This document shows positions 38,439 through 47,001 of a DNA stretch of 64,000 nucleotides, piece after piece. Location: the IMG/VR virus record IMGVR_UViG_3300032030_002802, positions 135,079-199,078 of that record; one strand, 5' to 3'. The notes below the pieces were generated by a model, which was not told the DNA's origin, ran no database searches, and saw only the letters and a list, made by a program, of their open reading frames with translations. The position numbers were made by a program, and so were the translations under genes. This stretch comes from a virus (taxonomy: Duplodnaviria > Caudoviricetes). How positions within the stretch are numbered: the first letter of the stretch is position 1; each line of letters opens with the position of its first letter.

Positions 38439-38468
38439 TGCTGTTCTCCTTGTTGTCTGCTTTCGACG

Positions 38469-40058
38469 TCAAATCACGCCCTGGGCGTTCAGCCTGCGCA
38501 TGAGCTTGCTGATCTTGGCCTTGTTGGCCCTGATGTAGGCCGCTGCCCCGGGGTCGGCCGCCTCGACTCCTACCTTGCGGTGGCCGCGGAGCCGTCTCCG
38601 GACCTTCGCCAGAACGGCCTTCTCGTCCACGCCGGACTCCGGGTCTGCGACGGTGCTGTCAGCTGCCCCTAGCAGCGCGTCGCGCAGCGTGCCGACGCTC
38701 ACCATGTCGTCTAGCCCTGCGGCCTTCATGTTCATGGCGCGGTCCACGAGCCAGTCGCGGCCGCCCATGGCCGCAAACGCCTTCGCCGACCCGCGGGCTA
38801 CCTTGTTCCACGCCCGGCGGATGATGCCGTCGTTCGGACCGTTCGCGAACTGCGCGTCGATGGCCGCGTCTACCGCGCGGCGGTACGTCTCGGGGTGCTT
38901 GCCGCGAAGTATGTCGACGGCCTTCCGGCGGTCGAAGTTCAGCCCGAAATCAGTGCTGTTCAGGATGCTCGACAGGGCCTTCGGGTCCTGCAGGACCACG
39001 TTGTACACCTTGGACATGTCGGCCGCGGCCATCTTCATGAGGCCGGCAGGGTCCGTCCCGGCGGCTTCGGCGATCTTGACGTACGGCTCCGCGAGGGTGC
39101 GGTTCGGCTTCCCCTCCACGACGTCCATGTAGATTGGCAGCATGGCCGTGATCGCCGCGCACGTGTCGGCCGACGCCTGCTTCTCCTTGCCCTCCTCGCC
39201 CTCCACGAGCGACGGCGTGCCGCCCTCCGTGCGGAACACGATCCTGGTCGGGCGGTTGATGTCCTTCTTGAGCTTCTCCTCGGGGAACTCGCGGTCCATC
39301 ACCTTCTTCGTGATGTACGCCGTGGCCCCGGTGCCGGCGAGCAGTGCGAGGAGATACGCCGCAGTGGGGTAGCGCATGGTATTCGTCAGGCCGTCGGGCA
39401 GGAGGTCAACCCACCCGGCAACCTTCACGGACGTGTCCTTAGACAAGACGCGCTCGGCCGGGCCGATGATAGACATCATGACCTCAGCGCGCTTCGACGA
39501 ACCCGCCATGGCGTCGACATAGGCCTGCTGCGCGGCCTTGAGCTTGCGCTTGAGACGGCGCTCCTGCATCGCGTCGAACATGCGCGACACGACCTCGTAA
39601 GAAAGCAGCCCTCCGGCGGTGAGGCCCAGGGCGTTTGCCACGATCGTGCCGACGCTGTTGGGTCCAGGGTTGCCGTCGCCCGCGGCCTTCACCTCGTCCT
39701 TCTCCTTGGACTTGGGCGGCGCGATCTTGGCGGCGTACCTGCCGGCCTCGCGGAACTGCTGCCCGCCGTTGGCCGTGACCTTGGTCTCCCCCGGCTTGGC
39801 GTCGCGCATGCCGGTGTAGCCGTCGCCGGCCGTCTTCGGGAGGGTGAGCACTATCGTGTCCTCGTCCGTAGACTCCGGCTTCCTGTCCCGCAGCTCGCGG
39901 AACCTGCGGAGGAGGTTGGCGGCCGCGCTGACGCCGGCGCCGCCCAGGACGCCGGCCATGAGCGCAGTGACGAACCGGCGGTTGTTGATGTCGCCGAACG
40001 GTACTGGCAACTGGGTTACGGAATTTGTGCCTCCAGCTGACTTGATCTGCGTGTCCAT
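38469..40058 (-). CDS. Multi-module membrane-type protein punctuated by K-x-A, 529 aa
   Basis: Three hydrophobic GxxxG helices; KSA, KTA, KAA, KRA, KVA, KQA, KIA, KMA. Confidence 0.8.
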   Translation of the reverse strand: MDTQIKSAGGTNSVTQLPVPFGDINNRRFVTALMAGVLGGAGVSAAANLLRRFRELRDRKPESTDEDTIVLTLPKTAGDGYTGMRDAKPGETKVTANGGQQFREAGRYAAKIAPPKSKEKDEVKAAGDGNPGPNSVGTIVANALGLTAGGLLSYEVVSRMFDAMQERRLKRKLKAAQQAYVDAMAGSSKRAEVMMSIIGPAERVLSKDTSVKVAGWVDLLPDGLTNTMRYPTAAYLLALLAGTGATAYITKKVMDREFPEEKLKKDINRPTRIVFRTEGGTPSLVEGEEGKEKQASADTCAAITAMLPIYMDVVEGKPNRTLAEPYVKIAEAAGTDPAGLMKMAAADMSKVYNVVLQDPKALSSILNSTDFGLNFDRRKAVDILRGKHPETYRRAVDAAIDAQFANGPNDGIIRRAWNKVARGSAKAFAAMGGRDWLVDRAMNMKAAGLDDMVSVGTLRDALLGAADSTVADPESGVDEKAVLAKVRRRLRGHRKVGVEAADPGAAAYIRANKAKISKLMRRLNAQGVI

Positions 40059-40061
40059 GTG

Positions 40062-42017
40062 TTACTTTCCTCCACGTTTCTTCGCTATGAGACGCCCGAG
40101 CGCCCTGGCGCCGATGCCTCCGCCGACCGACGCCAGCAGCGCCAGCGGCCCGCCGATCCTGCGTCCCGCGGCGGTGCTGAACATGCCGCGCATGAGCCCG
40201 GAAAACGCCTTGCGCGCGCCGGGGCGCATGGCACCGTACCTACCGGCGTCATGCTTGTCTACCGCGTGCAAAACAGCCTTCCTGACCGCGTCCACGAACG
40301 TCCTGTCGCGGGCGCCGCGCTCCTTGAGCAAGGCGTTGACCGCGCTTACGGTCTTGCGATTGAACCTGCCCGGACTGTTGTACATCGCGTCGCGCAGCTT
40401 CTGGACGGCGTCGCGCTCGATCTTGCCGTAGTCGGCGTTCTCGAGGCCCAACGCCTTGATCGTAGGGCCGAGCCGGTGAATGGCGCCCTCGCCGGAGTCA
40501 CGCGTGTTGATGCTCCTCGCGAGCGCATCCTCGAGCGAGACGCCGCTGTGCAGCAGGCGGGCCTTCTCGCGGCCCAGCGCGGTAGCGGCTGCATCGACCT
40601 GCTGTATCCCGCGCCGCGCCGTGCCGTAATTGTTGTTGCCCCTGTTCAGGAAGGTGTCAGTCATCGTGACCGTCGGGTTGGTGTTGGCGAGAGCCTCGGT
40701 TATGGTCGACGACCCGCCGTACGTGCCATGCAGGTCCACGTTACGGGCCAGGACGTCGTATCCGGGCAGCCGGTCGCCATGCAGTATGAACTCGGGGCGG
40801 CGCGCGTTTATGCGCCGCACCTCGTCCATCACGCCGTTATTCGTGTAGAGGTCGAGCCCCGCCCCCTCGCTGAGGGGATTCTTCTTCCCGTACTGGAGAA
40901 TTATCCTGACGTTCGGGTCGCGCTCAAACGCCTTTGCCACCAGCCGCACCTTCTCGGCCGCGTTCGCGCCGGCCGCGCCGGTCGAGATGAGCATGAACTT
41001 CGTGCCGGGCGTCAGGGTACTGGGGTCGATACCGTTCTGGACGGCGATGTCGCGTATCGCCTTCATGTACGCCGCCCGCTCTCCGCCGCCGAGGGCCTTC
41101 GGCATGTAGTACTTCCACATGCGCCCGAGCCGCGATCTCCGCCCGAACCCGGGGTCGTACATACCCGACCCGGGAAGCAGCTGGTCGGACGGGGAGCGGT
41201 AGTTGGCCTGGAACTGTGTGTCAAGCGCCAAGTTGCGCGTGTGAGGAGACCGTGGATACGCGTACGTGTTCTCTCCGACGGACTTGGCTGCCTCGTTCCC
41301 GGCAAGTGTGCTGTAGTTCATGCCCGCCTCGCCAGAAAGCAGGTACGGAAGATCGGTCCCCCAGTAATGCTTGTGGCCCAGCGCGGCATATGGCGCTATG
41401 TGATCCCGGCCAGCCGCGATGTTGAGAATGCCCTGCTTGCCGACAAGCTTGAACGTGTCGAGCAACTCGCCGGGGGTGAAATTGTCGAACGCGCCAGACC
41501 GCAGCAGGCGAATGGCCTTGCGCTGTGAAACCCCGGCGCCGGTCATGGCCCCGACAATATCGCGAAGGGCGTTGCTCTGCTTCCCTCCGACGTCTGTCTT
41601 CAGCCTCCAGAGACTCCCGAGACGGCTGCCGTCGATCCTTGTGTTGTCTGACCACAGACGCGGATTGCGCTTCACGGCATCGCCGTACCAGGTGCTGTTC
41701 GAGACTTCGCCCCTAGCTATCCCCTCGTCGTTGAACCGGCCGTTCGTATTCACGTAATACGACCCGATGCCGTTGCGGTTGAGCATGCGCGACATGCGCG
41801 ACGCCATGACCGCCTCGCCAGAGCCGTGCGCCAGGCTAAGGTCCGCGCCGGCGTACACCGGTACCCGGAAGTCGGGCTGGCTGGCACCAGGCTGCTTCCT
41901 GGTGAGCCAGCGGACCAACAGCTTATTGGAAAAGTCAGAATCGGCGAGACTGCGGCCGAGCATCAACCCGCCAAGCCCGCCGCCGACAAGCGCGATATCG
42001 TCGGACGTCGTAGCCAT
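40062..42017 (-). CDS. GT-B fold glycosyltransferase-like protein (MurG/MGDG synthase GT28-like) with terminal glycine zippers, 651 aa
   Basis: LISTGAAGA...IILQYGK...VDLHGTYGGSSTITEALANTNP matches the GT28 C-terminal pattern. Confidence 0.55.
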   Translation of the reverse strand: MATTSDDIALVGGGLGGLMLGRSLADSDFSNKLLVRWLTRKQPGASQPDFRVPVYAGADLSLAHGSGEAVMASRMSRMLNRNGIGSYYVNTNGRFNDEGIARGEVSNSTWYGDAVKRNPRLWSDNTRIDGSRLGSLWRLKTDVGGKQSNALRDIVGAMTGAGVSQRKAIRLLRSGAFDNFTPGELLDTFKLVGKQGILNIAAGRDHIAPYAALGHKHYWGTDLPYLLSGEAGMNYSTLAGNEAAKSVGENTYAYPRSPHTRNLALDTQFQANYRSPSDQLLPGSGMYDPGFGRRSRLGRMWKYYMPKALGGGERAAYMKAIRDIAVQNGIDPSTLTPGTKFMLISTGAAGANAAEKVRLVAKAFERDPNVRIILQYGKKNPLSEGAGLDLYTNNGVMDEVRRINARRPEFILHGDRLPGYDVLARNVDLHGTYGGSSTITEALANTNPTVTMTDTFLNRGNNNYGTARRGIQQVDAAATALGREKARLLHSGVSLEDALARSINTRDSGEGAIHRLGPTIKALGLENADYGKIERDAVQKLRDAMYNSPGRFNRKTVSAVNALLKERGARDRTFVDAVRKAVLHAVDKHDAGRYGAMRPGARKAFSGLMRGMFSTAAGRRIGGPLALLASVGGGIGARALGRLIAKKRGGK

Positions 42018-42033
42018 AGTCTGTACCGCCTAT

Positions 42034-42777
42034 CTACGCAGTGGCACCGGCGCGACGTCCCTTGCCCTTGTCCGTGCCCTTGTCCTTGCCGTCGCGCTCT
42101 TTAGCAGCAGACCGGGTGCGGCCACGGAACGCCGTACCCGAGTGCTGATAGGCCAAAGAGCCGAGCCCGCCGGCCGTACCGGCAGCGCCTACAAGAAGTA
42201 GCGTCTTGGCGAGAGGAGACATAGACGCGGGGGCCGGCGCGGGGGCCGGCGCGGGGGCCGGCGCGGGGGCCGGCGCGGGGGCCGGCGCGGGGGCCGGCGC
42301 GCCACCACGGGACGACCCGGCCAGCGCAGCCGTCCCGGCAGAGCCAAGACCCAGGGCCGCGAGAATCCTCCCGGGCGACAAGCGCGTCGTCACACCCTGC
42401 TTCGCGGCATGGCGAAGCTCGCTATACGGACGAGGCGCTCCGCCTGCGCCACCGTAAGCGCCGCCGCTGTAAGCTGCACCACCGCCACCGGCGGGCGGCA
42501 CCGGCGAGTTCCACGCCGACGTGGACGTGTTCCTCGTCTTGATGAACAGCCGGCGCGGGTCGAATTTCGACCAGCCGCTTGTATTGATCTTCGGAGAGGC
42601 CTTCAGCTGGGCGCGACGGAGCAGCCGCACGAGCATCTTCACCTTAGACGATGCCTGTTTCTGCATGCACTGTGCCTGCAGCGCCTCTGCGAACTTCGTG
42701 TGCACATACTGTGCACGCTGTTCGGCGCGCTTCACCTGAAGAGCCGCCGCGAACTTGTCGTATACGTCCTGTCTCAC
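42034..42777 (-). CDS. Hypothetical protein with (AP)n linker between two glycine zippers, 247 aa
   Basis: GTG with AGGAGG RBS; duplicated leader KFAAALQVKRA / KFAEALQAQCMQKQA. Confidence 0.75.
   Translation of the reverse strand: MRQDVYDKFAAALQVKRAEQRAQYVHTKFAEALQAQCMQKQASSKVKMLVRLLRRAQLKASPKINTSGWSKFDPRRLFIKTRNTSTSAWNSPVPPAGGGGAAYSGGAYGGAGGAPRPYSELRHAAKQGVTTRLSPGRILAALGLGSAGTAALAGSSRGGAPAPAPAPAPAPAPAPAPAPAPAPASMSPLAKTLLLVGAAGTAGGLGSLAYQHSGTAFRGRTRSAAKERDGKDKGTDKGKGRRAGATA
42227..42298. repeat. Perfect 12-bp tandem repeat x6 (gcgggggccggc) encoding (AP)12
   Basis: Read directly from the sequence. Confidence 0.95.
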
Positions 42778-42803
42778 TGCCTATTCCTCCTTGATTCACG
42801 TAA

Positions 42804-42832
42804 ATTATAGCACACCTGTTGCGATATGCCAA
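42804..42832 (-). promoter_or_regulatory. sigma70-like promoter TTGGCA-N17-TATAAT (extended TG)
   Basis: Intergenic; heads the unit that runs into the RNAP genes. Confidence 0.7.
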
Positions 42833-42837
42833 TAGTG

Positions 42838-43185
42838 TCACTTCGCCTGGCCGCCTCCGTCGGCACGGCTGTACTCCATCCACTCGAGATACCCGAACCA
42901 CCCGGTCGACCCGTCCTTCCTGGAGAGGGTCTGCCGGTCGTGGACGAGGATCCTGACGGTGCCGAGCTGCGCGCGCTTGGAGAGATCCAGCATGCGCCTG
43001 TTGTACGCCGTCCGGTCTTTCGCCGCGTGCATGTCGAATATCTCGGTCCTGTACTTCGATATCTCGACCACGCGCCCGTACCGCGCCTTCTGCTCGCCCT
43101 CCCGGATCGTGCTCTCGTCCGGGGTGAGGTCGCGCAGGCGCGGAAACAGCGAATCAACGTCAGACTGCAGCCCCGCCAGCATCAC
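42838..43185 (-). CDS. Hypothetical protein, ~115 aa
   Basis: GTG/ATG at 43185/43182 overlapping the upstream stop. Confidence 0.6.
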   Translation of the reverse strand: MMLAGLQSDVDSLFPRLRDLTPDESTIREGEQKARYGRVVEISKYRTEIFDMHAAKDRTAYNRRMLDLSKRAQLGTVRILVHDRQTLSRKDGSTGWFGYLEWMEYSRADGGGQAK

Positions 43186-43514
43186 ATCCCTCCCCCGAGC
43201 CCAGCGGCCATCTCGTCGGCGGCCGACTGGTACAGCTTGATCTTCTCCTTCAGCTCCTCCTCGCGAAGGCGCTTTCCGGCAATGCGGCGGCCGATGATGT
43301 GGCTGGCCACGCCGATGGGGATGCCGGCGCCGGCCGCGGCCAGCACCCACAGCGTCTTGGCGGCGTCCACGCCGCCCTTGGCGGCGTCCAGTATGCCGGC
43401 CGTCTTCTCCTGCGGAAGCGGGCCCAGTTCGGCATCCAGCATGCCGGCGTACGCCAGCGCCCCGGTCTTGATGCACGCGATCCTCTCGCTCTTGTTCAGG
43501 TAGTCTGAAAACAT
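43182..43514 (-). CDS. Small hypothetical membrane protein, 110 aa
   Basis: ATG at 43514; leader ending EKTA followed by LWVLAAAGAGIPIGVA. Confidence 0.65.
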   Translation of the reverse strand: MFSDYLNKSERIACIKTGALAYAGMLDAELGPLPQEKTAGILDAAKGGVDAAKTLWVLAAAGAGIPIGVASHIIGRRIAGKRLREEELKEKIKLYQSAADEMAAGLGGGM

Positions 43515-43519
43515 ACTCT

Positions 43520-44398
43520 CTACTCCCTTATGGCGTTCAATGTTCCTACTCCGAGGCCGGCCAGGGACCCGACGAGCGCGCCGCGCCCGGCCCCGAACAG
43601 CCCGCACCTGACCCCGGCCTCCACCAGCTTGTCGCGGAGCACGTCCTGGGGCAGCGACGCGCTGTCCGCCGCGCCGTTGGCCAGGCCCACCCCTAGCGCG
43701 CCGGCTCCCAGCCCGCCCAACGCCGTGCCCCACAGGGCGCCCTTGGCCGTGCCGGACACCACGTGGCCGAGAAACGACCTGCGCCGCTTCGACCTGGCCG
43801 ACGCGCGCTCGACGGCGTCCTCCAGCCTAGGGGCCAGCCGACCGTAGAGGGCGTTGATCTCGTCCGGGCGGAACATGATCTGCGCCTGCTTCTCGATGCG
43901 CCTCTCCTTACCGTGATGCGGAAGCCCGACAAGACCAAGTGCCTTAAGACGACGAAACAACCGTGCATCCTCACGTACCAGGTCATACATACGGCCAAGA
44001 TCCAGATTCCGCGGCATCCTTGCCCTTCGTCTCGCGTACCACGCAGCTAAAAGCGGTGACACCTCCTTCTCAGCGACTATCATGGCATCTGACGGCATAT
44101 TCCCCATCGGCCCAAGCACCTGAAGAGTATTATCGGCATCACGTAAAACGGTCGGCACTGAGCCAGCCAGAACATCACGACTGAAGATAGCTGGCGAAAG
44201 GTCGTCGGCCCGCTTCTCCTTCCGCTCCGGAAGGCCTGCGTGCGGGGTCTCCGCGAAGTGCCGCGCGTCCTCGTCGGAGATGCGCCGCGACAGTGCCGCA
44301 ACCCGGTTGCGCAGTGAACGGCTTCCGTGGAACTCGCCCTTGTTGTAGGCGTGCACCATCCCGAACAGACGCTGCTGAGATTTGGACCTAGCTGGCAT
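43520..44398 (-). CDS. Hypothetical protein with MPARSKSQQRLFGM N-terminal module (DUF3008-like) and C-terminal glycine zippers, 292 aa
   Basis: GGAGGAG RBS; modules separated by EKRA and EKQA. Confidence 0.7.
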   Translation of the reverse strand: MPARSKSQQRLFGMVHAYNKGEFHGSRSLRNRVAALSRRISDEDARHFAETPHAGLPERKEKRADDLSPAIFSRDVLAGSVPTVLRDADNTLQVLGPMGNMPSDAMIVAEKEVSPLLAAWYARRRARMPRNLDLGRMYDLVREDARLFRRLKALGLVGLPHHGKERRIEKQAQIMFRPDEINALYGRLAPRLEDAVERASARSKRRRSFLGHVVSGTAKGALWGTALGGLGAGALGVGLANGAADSASLPQDVLRDKLVEAGVRCGLFGAGRGALVGSLAGLGVGTLNAIRE

Positions 44399-46931
44399 GT
44401 CCGCTCCTCCCTGTCACGGCCTGGCACTGCAGACCTCTATCTCTCGTGAAGCCGCTTGGCGGCGTCCTCAAGCCGCTCGTGCCGCCATACGCAAAACCTA
44501 CCTTGCCGCTAACACCTGGCGTAACAGCGCACTGTATAAACAGCGGGGTGTCAAGCGTCAGGTATGACCCGCCGAACCTGCGAAGTAACGACATAGCCGC
44601 AACAGTGTCAAACGACTCGATGAACTGGCTATACAGTCTCGCCGGCACCATATACGAGTGCATCCCGAAGCAATCGCCGCCAGACCAAACCGCATACTGA
44701 GGACCGTGTCCATATCCGCCCGGCAAGCCTGGAATGCGTGACAGCCGCCCCCATCGTCGCAGCGTCCACCCCAGCTGCACAATCCCGCTTACGCCAGACG
44801 GATCCGGAATGTTAGCCAAAAGGCGCCCAAGGACATCCTCAGCATCGTCATGGGGATACGCGTCATCCTCGAATATCACCACAAACGGAAGGCCTAAAGA
44901 CTGCGCCATGCGCACTATAGCGGCATGGCCCAACATTACACGTGCGACTAGCGTACGTCCTACCGTCCGGAACCCAGTCACCGCACGTGGAAGATTCCCG
45001 CAGTGCGGGAAACTCTCCCTAAACAGCGCGTAGAACCTGTCTCGCCTCTCCTGGTCTATGCCGAATACGAAAGAGTTACTGAAAAAATCCTCTAACGACA
45101 TGGAGGGGCTATAAAACCGCGGCGCACAGGCCGAACCAACGCCCGCAGCCTGCACCGCTGGCCGTTCCTTACTACTCTGCGGAGACCGGTCTTGATCACT
45201 GGCAAGGACAGGCTTCAGGACCATCCTGTCCATTACACGGCCGACTAGCGACAAACCGCGGGCGCTATTAGCCGAAACGAGATTGCACCCGCGCTGCGGC
45301 GTAAACTCGTCCCCATACCCCCTGGAGTTCCGGTCGTTCAACCAGAAATCACCGACGGTAAGATCCGCGCATGACAACATGCCGTGACCGAAAGGACAAC
45401 GCCTGCACATCTGCAGGCTGTCAAATATAAAATCCTTGCGTTCCACAGTGCGTGACGACCCGTCGTCAAACCCCACTCTGATGGCAAACCCGTGCTGGTA
45501 GCGGAAGTCCAGTGCCGAAACGCGCTTCCCAGCCGTGGCCTGCAGGTCGTCGACGAACTTAGCGAGTTTCGCCGGACGGGAGTACCCGCGACACCTGAAG
45601 TCGACGCATATAAGGTTGTCCGGAGCACCCCCGAGCAGCTTTTTAAGTGCCCTGACGTGGCACGGCGACCCTATGTACATAACCTCGCGGCCGGTACGCA
45701 AATCGGCACGCAGCTGCTCCATGTCTGGCAACGGGCAGAAACTGTACTTGCTCTTGGACAACCGAGCTGCATACTCCTCTATGGTCGTAACGCGCTCCGG
45801 CACGACTCGCTTGAAATCGGACGAGAACGCCGCACCATACACAACCCCGCCACGCTCGAAAACCGAACGCGCGAGCTCGAGCATGGCACCACCGGACGAA
45901 GACGCCGCACGAACCGCCGGGTCACGGGAGTACCCGCAGTAATCAACCGGGCTCGACTTAAGGCACATGTCGATGAAATCCCTTGAACGTGCTACCTCCG
46001 CCGCTATGCGCTCGAATATCTCGTCGTAGTTCCTGACTACCTCGTCCTCGATGCGGACATGCAGCAACTTAATCAGGTGCTGCATGCGGTGGTCGTTCAG
46101 GAGCAGCTTTATGCGGGGGACCCTATACAACAGGGCAAAGCAGAACCCGTGGTACGAGTTAGTCACCACACGGTCCGCCCCCCTGATGAGGCCTAGGAAA
46201 TCGCGCGGATCAACTGCGCCTGTCTTTACGCTGGCGTTGTTACAGACGACACTGCCGTCTGCCGTCGTACGCGACAAGGCCGTAACAGAGCCACGGACCC
46301 TGTACGTAAACGTGCCGCCTGCATAACCTGCCCCGCGCGCTACGCCATGCCACCTGTCATACAGCAGAAACACCGGGTCCACCGTCACGAACCGGTCACC
46401 CCAATAACCGTAACCCTCGCGCAGCCCAGCGGCGATAAAAACGCCCATCGACTTGGTCAAAGCATCCGGGAGAGACCGCCAAGTCGGATTCAAGCCGGCA
46501 CCATACGAGAACACGCACCGTCGCTGCAATTTAGAAATAAGCCGAACTGACAGTACCGGACAACGCAATCTCAAGTTTAACGCCTGATCCCCTCCCACCA
46601 CGACATGGCTGAACCTGTCGAGAAACCCGGTCGGGGCGTCACGCATACTCACTATGTTCAGGCACTCCCGCTCAAACCGGTGGAAAAACAGGTCGTCGCC
46701 ACGGTCGATGCCGAACCGGCTGGGATCTATGTCCATGGTGACGAGCGTCTTGCCGAACTCGTCCCTGAAGTACCGCTGGAGCGCATATGTCTGCAACCGC
46801 TGGCCGTAGTTGCCCTGGTCGAGCAGTATCGTGAGATTCGCGACCGGAATACCGTCACGGCCGGCCATGACGTGGGCGAGCTGCCGCTCCGCCTCGCACC
46901 CGGCCGACACCTCAGTTACATTCTGTGTCAT
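44388..46931 (-). CDS. Fusion: polysaccharide pyruvyltransferase + F420 hydrogenase beta-like + GT25-like
   Basis: NYGQRLQTYAL, VVGGDQ, VDPVFLL, VVTNSYHG; SSSGG..GGVVYGA, SKSKY, GSPCHV, ADLTVGDFW; LGHAAIV..VVIFEDDA. Confidence 0.8.
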   Translation of the reverse strand: MTQNVTEVSAGCEAERQLAHVMAGRDGIPVANLTILLDQGNYGQRLQTYALQRYFRDEFGKTLVTMDIDPSRFGIDRGDDLFFHRFERECLNIVSMRDAPTGFLDRFSHVVVGGDQALNLRLRCPVLSVRLISKLQRRCVFSYGAGLNPTWRSLPDALTKSMGVFIAAGLREGYGYWGDRFVTVDPVFLLYDRWHGVARGAGYAGGTFTYRVRGSVTALSRTTADGSVVCNNASVKTGAVDPRDFLGLIRGADRVVTNSYHGFCFALLYRVPRIKLLLNDHRMQHLIKLLHVRIEDEVVRNYDEIFERIAAEVARSRDFIDMCLKSSPVDYCGYSRDPAVRAASSSGGAMLELARSVFERGGVVYGAAFSSDFKRVVPERVTTIEEYAARLSKSKYSFCPLPDMEQLRADLRTGREVMYIGSPCHVRALKKLLGGAPDNLICVDFRCRGYSRPAKLAKFVDDLQATAGKRVSALDFRYQHGFAIRVGFDDGSSRTVERKDFIFDSLQMCRRCPFGHGMLSCADLTVGDFWLNDRNSRGYGDEFTPQRGCNLVSANSARGLSLVGRVMDRMVLKPVLASDQDRSPQSSKERPAVQAAGVGSACAPRFYSPSMSLEDFFSNSFVFGIDQERRDRFYALFRESFPHCGNLPRAVTGFRTVGRTLVARVMLGHAAIVRMAQSLGLPFVVIFEDDAYPHDDAEDVLGRLLANIPDPSGVSGIVQLGWTLRRWGRLSRIPGLPGGYGHGPQYAVWSGGDCFGMHSYMVPARLYSQFIESFDTVAAMSLLRRFGGSYLTLDTPLFIQCAVTPGVSGKVGFAYGGTSGLRTPPSGFTRDRGLQCQAVTGRSGHAS

Positions 46932-46966
46932 ACTCGTCATCTCTCCTTTCTCGGTCAACTGCGCAT

Positions 46967-46996
46967 ATTATACCACGGTCGACGCAGCCAGCGCAA
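46967..46996 (-). promoter_or_regulatory. sigma70-like promoter TTGCGC-N18-TATAAT (extended TG)
   Basis: Intergenic, upstream of AAAGGAG. Confidence 0.6.
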
Positions 46997-47001
46997 TAGC
47001 G

